A stretch of 64,000 nt of DNA from an uncultured Clostridia bacterium (lineage in GTDB: Bacteria > Bacillota > Clostridia > TANB77 > CAG-508), in assembly GCA_934167755.1 (NCBI GenBank), contig CAKPLT010000007.1, positions 10,010-74,009 on the forward strand. Reading direction: 5' to 3'. The notes under the pieces were generated by a model. It saw only the letters and a program-made list of their open reading frames with translations, ran no database searches and was not told the DNA's origin. Shown here in pieces: positions 27,655 through 36,466 of the stretch. Within the stretch, counting starts at the first letter, position 1; every line of letters starts with the position of its first letter. A program made the translations under genes and the position numbers.

Positions 27655-28848
27655 CTATGAAGCTGTTACTTTTCCATAATTGCCTCCTCCGCCTGACTCT
27701 ACTTTCATATTTCCTTCTCTTGCATTTACTATGTTCTTGGCAATTTTTTCTCCTACAACAGCTTCTATGTCATCTTCTGATAATTTATGTAAAATATTCA
27801 TTTCAGTTTCAAATGAGTCTAACAATTTTTCAATTGTCTTTCCTCCGACACCTGGTATAAAACTTAATGGTATTTGATATATATATGGTGGTCTATGTTC
27901 CGGACTTTTTGTTGTTTCTTTGTCTTTTATTAGCTCAATTCTATCAAAAACCCCAAAAGTTACTTTATCACTTCCACATTTAGGACAAACCTCTACTGGT
28001 TCTTTTGTTTCAATTGTACAATCACAATTATCACAATGTGTTCTATGATATTTTCCAAGTTTAGGGTCTAAACCATAATTTGCTATTATCTTTCTACCTT
28101 CTTCATTTTTTAATGCTTTTACAACTTCTTTAAAACTTATATCTTCAACTAGCATTTTATTATATTCTCTCGCAATTTTAGGTAATGAATGTGCATCAGA
28201 ATTTGTTACAAATGTCTTATCTTCTAATTCAGATATCATATCTGCTAAAAATGTATCTGAACTTAATCCAAGCTCAACTGCAAAAATCTTATCATATTTT
28301 TCTTTAAATATATCTTTTAACCTATCTGTACAATTTCCATAATAACTTTTAAATGGTGTAAAAATATGTGCAGGAATTAAAATTCCATTATATTTTTCAA
28401 CTATATCTATTAGTTCATATCCAGACACATTGGACCTTTGAGTACTCAATGTTATATTTTTTATATGTGTACTCATTTCTTTTGAAAATCCTTTTATATC
28501 ACTCAAATGCGGAAAAAAGCATACATTATGTGCTGCACCACATTTACCATTTCGCCCTTTTTCAGATGTTTCTACTTCACTTCCTAATAATATACATACT
28601 TTATCTTTGTATATTATTCCACCATCTTCAAGTTCATATGCTTCACCTGTTTTTAAAAAATTTTCTATATCTTCAATTACATATGGTGATGCACAATCTA
28701 TAATTCCTACTATATTTATTCCTTTTCTATCAGCACATTCTTTTGCAATATTAGAAAAATTTAAGCTTTTGGCAGCTGTTATCTTTATAGGTTTACCAGC
28801 CTCACTTCTGCCAATGTGTACATGCAAATCTGCAAATATTTCGTACAT
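27655..28848 (-). CDS. endonuclease Q-like protein (PHP domain plus zinc finger plus HhH; TIGR00375 family)
   Basis: N-terminal PHP metal motif (ADLHVHIGRS), a CxxC...CxxC finger (HCDNCDC...VCPKCGS) and a C-terminal IPGVGGKTIEKLL helix-hairpin-helix. Confidence 0.7.
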   Translation of the reverse strand: MYEIFADLHVHIGRSEAGKPIKITAAKSLNFSNIAKECADRKGINIVGIIDCASPYVIEDIENFLKTGEAYELEDGGIIYKDKVCILLGSEVETSEKGRNGKCGAAHNVCFFPHLSDIKGFSKEMSTHIKNITLSTQRSNVSGYELIDIVEKYNGILIPAHIFTPFKSYYGNCTDRLKDIFKEKYDKIFAVELGLSSDTFLADMISELEDKTFVTNSDAHSLPKIAREYNKMLVEDISFKEVVKALKNEEGRKIIANYGLDPKLGKYHRTHCDNCDCTIETKEPVEVCPKCGSDKVTFGVFDRIELIKDKETTKSPEHRPPYIYQIPLSFIPGVGGKTIEKLLDSFETEMNILHKLSEDDIEAVVGEKIAKNIVNAREGNMKVESGGGGNYGKVTAS

Positions 28849-28865
28849 TATAATCCTCCTTTTAG

Positions 28866-29630
28866 CTATTCATCGATTTTAGTATGTTTAAGTATTTTTT
28901 CTTTGCTTTCATTTGTAAACATTGCTCTATTAGCCTGTTCTTTTGCAAATCTAGCAACTTTTTCTAGTTCTTCTAATTTTTGGTCAACGCATATAGAATA
29001 GTCTGTAGCAATCATTTTTACAAATTCAGGAATGTCTTTTGATTCTCTCATTAGTTTTTGTAATCTTGCAAAAACAGTAGTATTTACAACTCCTTGTATT
29101 TCAACTTTTTCCATGTTTTCAACAAAACCTCTAAATATTTCTAAGTATCTATTATACTCTGTTTTTAAATTTCTATGTTCGAGTAATACAAGAGCCTCAT
29201 CAGGTGAAAATCCTATTCTTTCTGGTCTGTCTATTAGCATTCCACCAAATTGATCAGCTAATTCTAATATGTCACTTTCTTTTTCTCTTGGATTACCACT
29301 ATATCTATTTACACCTTCGCAGATTTTACAAAATTTTTTATCAAATCCTAATTTAGCTAAATATTCAGCGCCTTCTTTTGCATAAGTTTTTAATTTTCCT
29401 ATTTTTTGTGAATCATCAACTTTCTTGCAGTTGCATAGTAAACAAGCTGTTAAAACTAAGTTATTATCTACATTTGGCTTTGCATATTTCAAAAACATTC
29501 TTGCTATTTCTGTTTTAAATATAATAGACTTGTCAAAATTAATTTTTAATTTTGAAGATAGAAAATATATTATTTCTATCTTTGATATTAAATCATCTTC
29601 GTTTAAAATATAGTCAGCAAATTCTTCCAT
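28866..29630 (-). CDS. hypothetical protein (possibly a degenerate HD-like helical domain)
   Basis: About 254 aa counted from MEEFADYIL (RBS GGGGGA). I recognise no catalytic motif. The track start 29675 lies inside a GC-rich direct repeat and has no RBS. Confidence 0.5.
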   Translation of the reverse strand: MEEFADYILNEDDLISKIEIIYFLSSKLKINFDKSIIFKTEIARMFLKYAKPNVDNNLVLTACLLCNCKKVDDSQKIGKLKTYAKEGAEYLAKLGFDKKFCKICEGVNRYSGNPREKESDILELADQFGGMLIDRPERIGFSPDEALVLLEHRNLKTEYNRYLEIFRGFVENMEKVEIQGVVNTTVFARLQKLMRESKDIPEFVKMIATDYSICVDQKLEELEKVARFAKEQANRAMFTNESKEKILKHTKIDE

Positions 29631-29702
29631 TTTTCTTTCGTTCCCCCTTTTTGGGAAATTTGGGACCGGGTACATAATTTCGAACCGGGTACATTTTTTC
29701 CC

Positions 29703-31499
29703 TTAGTTCATAAAAAATTTATTAAATTCTTGCTCATTAATCTTTTCTTTAGAAATTAGTTCTCCTGCTATAATATGAAGTGTTTCTACATTTTGTTTTA
29801 ATATTCTTTGAGCGTCATTATATGCAGTATCTATTAGTCTCTTAACTTCTTTTCCAATTTCATCTTGCATATCATCGCCAAACATTTGATAGTCAATTTG
29901 TCCATCACTGTCTTTAAATGAAATCGTTCCTATTTTATCACTCATTCCATATACTGTTATCATATCTCTTGCTATTTGTGTTGCAACTTCTAAGTCATTG
30001 CTTGCACCTGTTGAAATATCATCTAATATTAATTTTTCTGCAGCTCTTCCACCTAAAAGTGCAATAAGTTTTTCTTGCATTTCTGTTTTAGATATATAAT
30101 ATTTATCTTCATCTGATTTATACATTGTATATCCACCAGCCATTCCTCTTGGAATGATTGATACTTCTTTTACAGCTGTTTGTGTTGGTAAAAATTGACT
30201 TACTATTGCATGTCCAGCTTCATGATATGCTGTTAATTTTTTATCTTTATCTGATATTTTTCTACTTGTTTTCTCAAGACCAACAGTTACTTTTTTAACC
30301 GCTTCATCTAAATCTGAATTTGTTATTGCTGCATGTTCCTTTTTAGTTGCTATTATTGCTGCTTCATTTAAAATATTGGCAAGTTCTGCCCCTGTAAATC
30401 CAGCAGTATCTTCTGCAATATTATACAATGATACATCATCTGCTATTTTTTTGTCTTTTGCATGAATTTTTAATATTGCTTCTCTTCCAGTTAAGTCTGG
30501 TGCTGGAATTGTTACTTGTCTATCAAATCTACCTGGTCTTAAAAGTGCTTTGTCTAACATCTCAGGTCTATTAGTTGCAGCTAAAACAATTATAGTTTCT
30601 TCTGTAGAAAATCCATCCATTTCAACTAATAATTGGTTTAATGTTTGATTGTTTTCTGATTCTGCTCCACTATTGCTTGTTCTTCTTGAACCTATTGCGT
30701 CTATTTCATCTATAAACACTATACATGGTGATAGTTTTCTTGCTTTGTCAAATAACTTTCTAACTCTTGAAGCTCCAAGTCCTGCAAACATTTCTATAAA
30801 TTCTGACCCACTCATTGATATAAATGGTACATCTGCTTCTCCTGCTATTGCTTTTGCAATTAATGTTTTTCCTGTTCCTGGCTTTCCATATAACAAAACA
30901 CCTTTTGGAATTTTTGCTCCCATTTCTGCGAATTTTTTTGGTTGTTTTAAAAATTCTACTATTTCTTTTAGTTCTTCTTTTTCTTCGTCTAATCCGGCAA
31001 TATCATCAAATGTAACTTTTGATTTTCTTTCTGTATCATCATATACTTCGCCTTTATCTCCAAGTCCTTGCATTTTAAATATCATTATAAATAATGCAAC
31101 CATTACTATTGTAGGTAAAATTGAAAATAAATATGATGGAATTTGTGATAATAAACTTGGTGTTTTTGTTTCTAACTCAATATTATTATCTTCTAATACT
31201 TTTTGTTGTACTAGTTCTGTAAATACTTGTATACTTGGTATTATTACTTTTTTTTCTTTTTCTACATCTTTCATTTTTACTTTTAATGTAGCACTACCTG
31301 TTGTCATTTCTATTTTTTCAACAGTTCCTGCCTTTATTTCATTTACTAATTCTGTATATGTTAAAGTATTTTCTTTTGAATTTGCTCCTTCATTTTTATA
31401 TATAAAATATATTGCTATTGCTGTTACCAACAATATTAATAATATAATTATTATATTTATTAACATTTTCAATAGTTTTTTTGATTTATCTTTGTCCAT
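29703..31499 (-). CDS. ftsH: ATP-dependent zinc metalloprotease FtsH
   Basis: 598-aa ORF with two N-terminal TMs, AAA+ Walker A GKPGTGKT, Walker B IVFIDEID and zinc site HEAGHAI. Confidence 0.95.
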   Translation of the reverse strand: MDKDKSKKLLKMLINIIIILLILLVTAIAIYFIYKNEGANSKENTLTYTELVNEIKAGTVEKIEMTTGSATLKVKMKDVEKEKKVIIPSIQVFTELVQQKVLEDNNIELETKTPSLLSQIPSYLFSILPTIVMVALFIMIFKMQGLGDKGEVYDDTERKSKVTFDDIAGLDEEKEELKEIVEFLKQPKKFAEMGAKIPKGVLLYGKPGTGKTLIAKAIAGEADVPFISMSGSEFIEMFAGLGASRVRKLFDKARKLSPCIVFIDEIDAIGSRRTSNSGAESENNQTLNQLLVEMDGFSTEETIIVLAATNRPEMLDKALLRPGRFDRQVTIPAPDLTGREAILKIHAKDKKIADDVSLYNIAEDTAGFTGAELANILNEAAIIATKKEHAAITNSDLDEAVKKVTVGLEKTSRKISDKDKKLTAYHEAGHAIVSQFLPTQTAVKEVSIIPRGMAGGYTMYKSDEDKYYISKTEMQEKLIALLGGRAAEKLILDDISTGASNDLEVATQIARDMITVYGMSDKIGTISFKDSDGQIDYQMFGDDMQDEIGKEVKRLIDTAYNDAQRILKQNVETLHIIAGELISKEKINEQEFNKFFMN

Positions 31500-31542
31500 T
31501 TTTTCTTTCCTTTCTTTATTTTACTAGTGCTGTTTTATTTTT

Positions 31543-32592
31543 TTATGCCTCTAGTCCTTCTGGATTTTCTCCATCATCATTTTTTTTATTTTCATCATTG
31601 TTGTCTTCATTCTTATCTTTTTTTTCTGGCTCTTTTTGACTTTCTTCTTGTTCTTTAATTTCTTCTCTTACAATTTTTTGTTCTTGTCTTATTCTTTCTA
31701 CTTCTTGCATTTTTCTTATAATATCATCTTTTAGAATAAAAATTGTCGCAGCTATATATATATATGCAATTGTTATATATGCTACTTGGAAATATTTTAT
31801 TTTAAAACTCACAAAATAATTTACAACTATATATATTATATTTAAAACTACTGGTAAAGTTAGTGCATATACAGCCATATTATAAATTGCAACAAATCTC
31901 ATTCTTATTCGTGCAAGTGTTGTTGTAAACCATCCAAGTATTGCTATCTCTAGTGCATCTAACAACATATATATTAAATTAATTAAAAACAAATATACAA
32001 ATGCTGACACACCATATCTTACATAATATTTAAACATACCCTGGCTTGTTAAATATTCTACTAATTGAGTTTTATTAAATGATGAAATGTTTTCTCCTGT
32101 ATAGTTTTTTACAAATTCACTATATGTATAGTTTTGATTTGCAATATGGTCATCGTCAATTTTACTTTTCAATATTATTCGATCTCTAAAGAAAAATATT
32201 GTTACTCCTGCTACTGTCTCGTCTTTTTCAAATTGTTCTCTTTGTTCATCTGTTTCTGTTAATGGATTTATTACTATTTTGTCAATTCCATCATATTGTA
32301 TATTATCAATTATTATTGGTTGTTCTATATTCATCTCAACTTTTCCATCAGCTACTGTAAAATCTGGTATGTTTTTTTCTATATATTGTGATAAATTATC
32401 TATTGTTTTTTTCATTTGCATTAATGAACCACACATAACAAAAATTGTAACAAAAGTAACTAGTGTTAATAAATATTTAAATGCTCGTGGCAGTCCTTCT
32501 GTTGCCATTGCTGGATATTGTTCAAATTTTGTTATTGAATACCATACTTTTTTGAAAAAGTTTATATTAACTGCTTCTTCTCTTTCTTTCAT
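31543..32592 (-). CDS. DUF1189-family (YvdJ-like) membrane protein with acidic/lysine-rich C-terminal tail
   Basis: 349-aa polytopic ORF. The N-terminus (FFKKVWYSITKFEQYPAMATEGLPRAFKYLL) resembles DUF1189 proteins. Confidence 0.55.
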   Translation of the reverse strand: MKEREEAVNINFFKKVWYSITKFEQYPAMATEGLPRAFKYLLTLVTFVTIFVMCGSLMQMKKTIDNLSQYIEKNIPDFTVADGKVEMNIEQPIIIDNIQYDGIDKIVINPLTETDEQREQFEKDETVAGVTIFFFRDRIILKSKIDDDHIANQNYTYSEFVKNYTGENISSFNKTQLVEYLTSQGMFKYYVRYGVSAFVYLFLINLIYMLLDALEIAILGWFTTTLARIRMRFVAIYNMAVYALTLPVVLNIIYIVVNYFVSFKIKYFQVAYITIAYIYIAATIFILKDDIIRKMQEVERIRQEQKIVREEIKEQEESQKEPEKKDKNEDNNDENKKNDDGENPEGLEA

Positions 32593-33716
32593 TACTCATA
32601 CTCTCTTTCTATACTACTATCTACAAACATTGGACTTACATCAAAATGTACCTCGTCATTTAATTTAATTTGTTTATTTGTTATATCAACACTTATATGA
32701 TACATTCCAAGTCTTCCAAGTACTTCACATTTTTCTCCATTTATAATTACATATAGTTTTTTATTTTTCATAGCATCTTTTATATCTCTTACAACATATC
32801 TTAATTTATCTATCGTTCTAAACATATCTCTGTCTACTTTTACATTAAAACCATCAGCATAACCGCATGGTACTATCGCAACTTTTGTTTCTTTTTTTGT
32901 TGTATATGAATTTGAATACCCTATATTATAACCACTTGGAATATTTTTTATTTCAGCAACATTGGATTTTAAGTACCCTACTTTTTTAAATCCAAATGTA
33001 TTTGGTATTGATAATCTTCCAAGTATTGCTGACCCAATTCTTACTGCATCTAAATGCATATCTGGGAATCGTAAAAATGCTGATGAATTGCATATATGCA
33101 TCGTTCCTGGTTGAATATTGTTTTCTTTTAATGCATTTATGCATTGCATAAATCTATCATACTGTTCTTTTGATTCTTTTCCATCTCCAAAAAATGCTAT
33201 TGAAAAATGTGAAAATATGCCTTCAATTTGAATGTTTTTCCATGTTTTTATAGTTTTTATCATATCTTCTTTTTGTCTATATATAAAACCATATCTTCCA
33301 AACCCTGTATCTATTTTTAAATGAATTTTCACTTTTTGATTTATTTTTTGGGCAATTTTGTCAACCGCTTCTCCTGCTTCTTTTGACCCTACTGTTAATA
33401 TTATTTTATTTTTTATTAATAACTCAATATCTTCTTTTATTGCAGTTGATGACATCATCAAAATATCTTGTTTTATTCCATTTTGTCTTAATTTAATTGC
33501 CTCTTCTACTGTTGCTACTGCAAAAAAATCAACTCCATTGTCAACTAAAAAATTCGCATATTCTATTAGACCTAATCCATAACCATTTCCTTTTATAACA
33601 GCAATTAATTTAGGCTTTTTTTTATCTTTATTTATAATTTCTCTAACAATTTTCAAATTATTTTTCAAATTATCTTTTTCTACTATTAGTGCTTTCATAA
33701 TACTCCTCTTATCCAT
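32592..33716 (-). CDS. alr: alanine racemase
   Basis: 374-aa ORF with the PLP-lysine region AVIKGNGYGLG and overall Alr domain order (TIM barrel then beta domain). Confidence 0.8.
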   Translation of the reverse strand: MDKRSIMKALIVEKDNLKNNLKIVREIINKDKKKPKLIAVIKGNGYGLGLIEYANFLVDNGVDFFAVATVEEAIKLRQNGIKQDILMMSSTAIKEDIELLIKNKIILTVGSKEAGEAVDKIAQKINQKVKIHLKIDTGFGRYGFIYRQKEDMIKTIKTWKNIQIEGIFSHFSIAFFGDGKESKEQYDRFMQCINALKENNIQPGTMHICNSSAFLRFPDMHLDAVRIGSAILGRLSIPNTFGFKKVGYLKSNVAEIKNIPSGYNIGYSNSYTTKKETKVAIVPCGYADGFNVKVDRDMFRTIDKLRYVVRDIKDAMKNKKLYVIINGEKCEVLGRLGMYHISVDITNKQIKLNDEVHFDVSPMFVDSSIEREYE

Positions 33717-33741
33717 TCTTTGTTGTATCTCTGTTTTTCTG

Positions 33742-34797
33742 TTATTTTTTAAACTTTGTTTTTAATCCTCTAAGATTTCTAAATGTTTTTTCAGAAAATT
33801 TATATAATGAATATGTTAAAGGTTTAAATGGCATATATACTTCTCCTATGAATTCTGTAAAAGTTGCTCCAAAACCTTTTTTAAATCTATATAATCCATA
33901 TTGTGGATGACTTTCATCAACAACTCCTGAAACTCCTCTAAAATCATAAATATCATCTTTTCTAGCAATTGCCATTTTTATCATTTCCCATTGTAACAAA
34001 TAATTCGGCATTAAATTTCTATGTTCATTACTACTTGCACCATATAGGTACCATGTTTTATTTCCATAAAAAATTGGTATTACACCAGATATTGGTTTGT
34101 CCTCATAATATGCCATTAACAATTTCATATGTTTTGGAGCTAATTCATCATACATCTTTTCAAAATAAGATAACGGTCTTATTATAAATCCATCTCTTGC
34201 ACCAGTTTCAACCATAATTCTATGGAAATCTTTTAAATCCTCTCTTGTACCTTCTTTTACAACTACTCCTTTTTTAGTAGCTAAACGCACATTATATCTT
34301 GTTTTAGAATGGAAACCAGCAAAAATCTCTTCTTCTGTCTTTCCTTTTATATCTAGTCTAAAAACATATCTTGGTTGTATTTCTTCTCTAAAATTCTTTG
34401 CATCATCTTTAATTTTATATCCTAAATTTGCTACTATCTTTCTAAATTCTTCATCACTACTTAAAATATCAGGTTCTGCCTTATAAACAATTGCTTTATA
34501 TTTTTTTGCTAATTCTTTTATTCCATCTGATAATTGTTTCATTACATTTATATCATATATATCACATGTTGGACCTCTTGAAGAGTACATAATATTTCCA
34601 AAAATCGGAATTTTTCTTATCAAAATACTAACAGCTCCTATTATTTTTCCACTCCCATCTTCTGCTAATACAACTTCATTCTTCCAATTTGACTTTACAT
34701 TTGCCCATTCTGGTGATTGTTGAAAATTACATCTTTCATGTCTTTCTAAAAATTCCTTGTATTCCTTTCTACTTTTTTCATCTGTTACGAATCTCAT
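33742..34797 (-). CDS. FemAB-family peptidoglycan interpeptide-bridge aminoacyltransferase
   Basis: 351-aa ORF with FQQSPEWANVKSNW... at the N-terminus and ...YDFRGV...GLYRFKKGFG at the C-terminus, both typical of FemX/MurM/FemAB enzymes. Confidence 0.8.
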   Translation of the reverse strand: MRFVTDEKSRKEYKEFLERHERCNFQQSPEWANVKSNWKNEVVLAEDGSGKIIGAVSILIRKIPIFGNIMYSSRGPTCDIYDINVMKQLSDGIKELAKKYKAIVYKAEPDILSSDEEFRKIVANLGYKIKDDAKNFREEIQPRYVFRLDIKGKTEEEIFAGFHSKTRYNVRLATKKGVVVKEGTREDLKDFHRIMVETGARDGFIIRPLSYFEKMYDELAPKHMKLLMAYYEDKPISGVIPIFYGNKTWYLYGASSNEHRNLMPNYLLQWEMIKMAIARKDDIYDFRGVSGVVDESHPQYGLYRFKKGFGATFTEFIGEVYMPFKPLTYSLYKFSEKTFRNLRGLKTKFKK

Positions 34798-34898
34798 TTT
34801 TATATAACCTCATTTCTTTTTGCTCTTTTATTATTTACATTTTGCCTTTATTTTACACTAAATATATTATTTTTACAAGACTTTTTGGAAGAAAAGTT

Positions 34899-34958
34899 TT
34901 TACCAGTGGGGACACTCATTAATGGTAATTTTTTTACCACTGGGGACACCCTTTAGAT
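34899..34958 (+). repeat. bipartite interspersed repeat (TACCAGTGGGGACACTCATTAATGGTAA plus TTACCACTGGGGACACCCTTTAGATG)
   Basis: Read directly. It is in inverted orientation relative to the copy at 36407-36466. Confidence 0.8.
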
Positions 34959-34985
34959 GTAAAAAATCATTCTTATCTTAGGCAA

Positions 34986-35014
34986 TGGACATTTATGTAA
35001 ATTTGTGTTATAAT
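34986..35014 (+). promoter_or_regulatory. sigma-A type promoter
   Basis: TGGACA (34986-34991), a 17-nt spacer including extended TGT, then TATAAT (35009-35014). Confidence 0.5.
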
Positions 35015-35058
35015 TAAGTTGTAACTAGCAATGCTAATATTTTGAAAGGATGGTTATT

Positions 35059-35145
35059 ATGTACAAACTCAATTTAACAAACGCAACTATGAAACCTGTA
35101 TTTACTTGGAAAAATATCACTATATTCAAGTTGAAATATAACTAA
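35059..35145 (+). CDS. candidate 28-aa small ORF / leader peptide (MYKLNLTNATMKPVFTWKNITIFKLKYN)
   Basis: RBS AAAGGATGG lies 7 nt upstream of the ATG, and the promoter at 34986 is upstream. An AT-only hairpin (35140-35165) overlaps the stop. It is not in the ORF track because it is below the size cutoff. Confidence 0.3.
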   Translation: MYKLNLTNATMKPVFTWKNITIFKLKYN

Positions 35146-35219
35146 ATTAATAATTTAATTTAGTTATGTTACGGTTTTTATGCTATTCAATTTTTAATTA
35201 ATAAGGAGGAAAATTATTA

Positions 35220-36362
35220 ATGGGAAAAATATTAGAAGGTTTTTGGGATTGCAAATATTGTGGTAACAAACGGATAAGAGGAAGTATTCGTGAATGCCCA
35301 AATTGCGGTAAAGCAAGAGACAATTCCACTAAATTTTATCTTGATTCATCAGAAAAGCATTATGTATCAGAAGAAAAAGCAGCAAAAATAAATAAAAATC
35401 CTGATTGGGTTTGCATTTACTGCGAACAGTTAAATTCAGATAATGATGATGTATGCATTTCTTGCGGAGCACCTAGAACATCTGAAAATATTAATTACTT
35501 TGAGAATCAAAAAAGAAATGAAGAAAAAAGTAAAAAGAATATTCAAAGTCAAACATTTAAAGATTCTTCTTCTAGCAGTTCATCACATAGAAACATTGAC
35601 ACTAAAAATTCTTTAGGTAATTCAAAAGATTCTATCAATTCTAAAAAGACAAGAACTTTTCAAAAAAAGACTAATTTTTTGAAATACATAATATTTATTC
35701 TTGTAATTGCAGTTGGTATTTTAGGTGCAGTTTCACTTTTTAAGCCAAAAGAACACAAAATTACTATTAGTGAACTTTCATGGGAGCGGTGTATTGATGT
35801 AGAGCGTTATCAAACTGTTAAAGAAAACGATTGGATTTTGCCATCAGGTGGTCGATTGTTATATACAAGAAGAGAATATTCTCATTCTGAACAAGTATTA
35901 GATCATTACGAAACAAGAACTCGTTCAGTTGCAAAAGAACGAATTTCAGGGTACGAAACTTATGTTTCAGGTACTCGGGATCTTGGAAATGGATACTTCG
36001 AAGAAATCACAAACGAACGGCCAATCTATGAAACATATTATGAAAACGAATCGTATGAAGAACCAATTTATCGGACAGAACCAGTATATCGTACTAAATA
36101 TTATTATGAAATTGATAAATGGCTTTATGAACATTCTGTTGAAACCAGTGGAACTAACGATTCCCCTTATTGGGGCAAAACAAATTTAAATTCAGATGAG
36201 AGAGAAGCTTCCAAATCTGAAACATATACCGTTAATGGTATTGACACCAAGAACGAAAAAGAACTTTCTTTCACCCTTCCTTTAGAAGATTGGTCTGCAC
36301 TTGAAATTGGACAAACCTTAAAAGTTAAAATATCTTTTGGGCAAGGGCAAATAATAGAATAG
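35220..36362 (+). CDS. membrane protein with two N-terminal zinc-ribbon motifs, one TM and a Y/E-rich extracytoplasmic domain
   Basis: 380-aa ORF with RBS AAGGAGGA. It has CKYCGN..CPNCGK and CIYCEQ..CISCGA ribbons, a poly-Ser linker and a TM (YIIFILVIAVGILGAVSLF). I recognise no family. Confidence 0.7.
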   Translation: MGKILEGFWDCKYCGNKRIRGSIRECPNCGKARDNSTKFYLDSSEKHYVSEEKAAKINKNPDWVCIYCEQLNSDNDDVCISCGAPRTSENINYFENQKRNEEKSKKNIQSQTFKDSSSSSSSHRNIDTKNSLGNSKDSINSKKTRTFQKKTNFLKYIIFILVIAVGILGAVSLFKPKEHKITISELSWERCIDVERYQTVKENDWILPSGGRLLYTRREYSHSEQVLDHYETRTRSVAKERISGYETYVSGTRDLGNGYFEEITNERPIYETYYENESYEEPIYRTEPVYRTKYYYEIDKWLYEHSVETSGTNDSPYWGKTNLNSDEREASKSETYTVNGIDTKNEKELSFTLPLEDWSALEIGQTLKVKISFGQGQIIE

Positions 36363-36363
36363 C

Positions 36364-36405
36364 ACAAAACAAGGCACATTAATAGTGCCTTGTTTTGTTA
36401 TTTTT
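36364..36405 (+). terminator. rho-independent terminator of the zinc-ribbon gene
   Basis: 14-bp stem ACAAAACAAGGCAC / GTGCCTTGTTTTGT followed by TATTTTTATT, 2 nt after the stop. Confidence 0.8.
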
Positions 36406-36406
36406 A

Positions 36407-36466
36407 TTACCAAGAGTGTCCCCAATGGTAAGAAATTTTACCATTAATGAGTGTTCCTACTGGTAA
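36407..36466 (-). repeat. bipartite interspersed repeat (minus orientation)
   Basis: The reverse complement reads TACCAGTAGGAACACTCATTAATGGTAA-aatttct-TACCATTGGGGACACTCTTGGTAA. It overlaps and supplies the last codons and the stop of the UPF0182 gene (..KKVTSRNTH*). Confidence 0.8.

Noticed and set aside
30649-31527. Long plus-strand ORFs antisense to ftsH (292 aa) and similar ones (39594..40307, 16947..17387, 50115..50573, 20341..20901, 1239..1652)
   Set aside because: Their translations are low-complexity (S/F/I/L-rich). They lie opposite genes with unambiguous conserved motifs and have no RBS. They are a by-product of AT-rich codon usage on the other strand.
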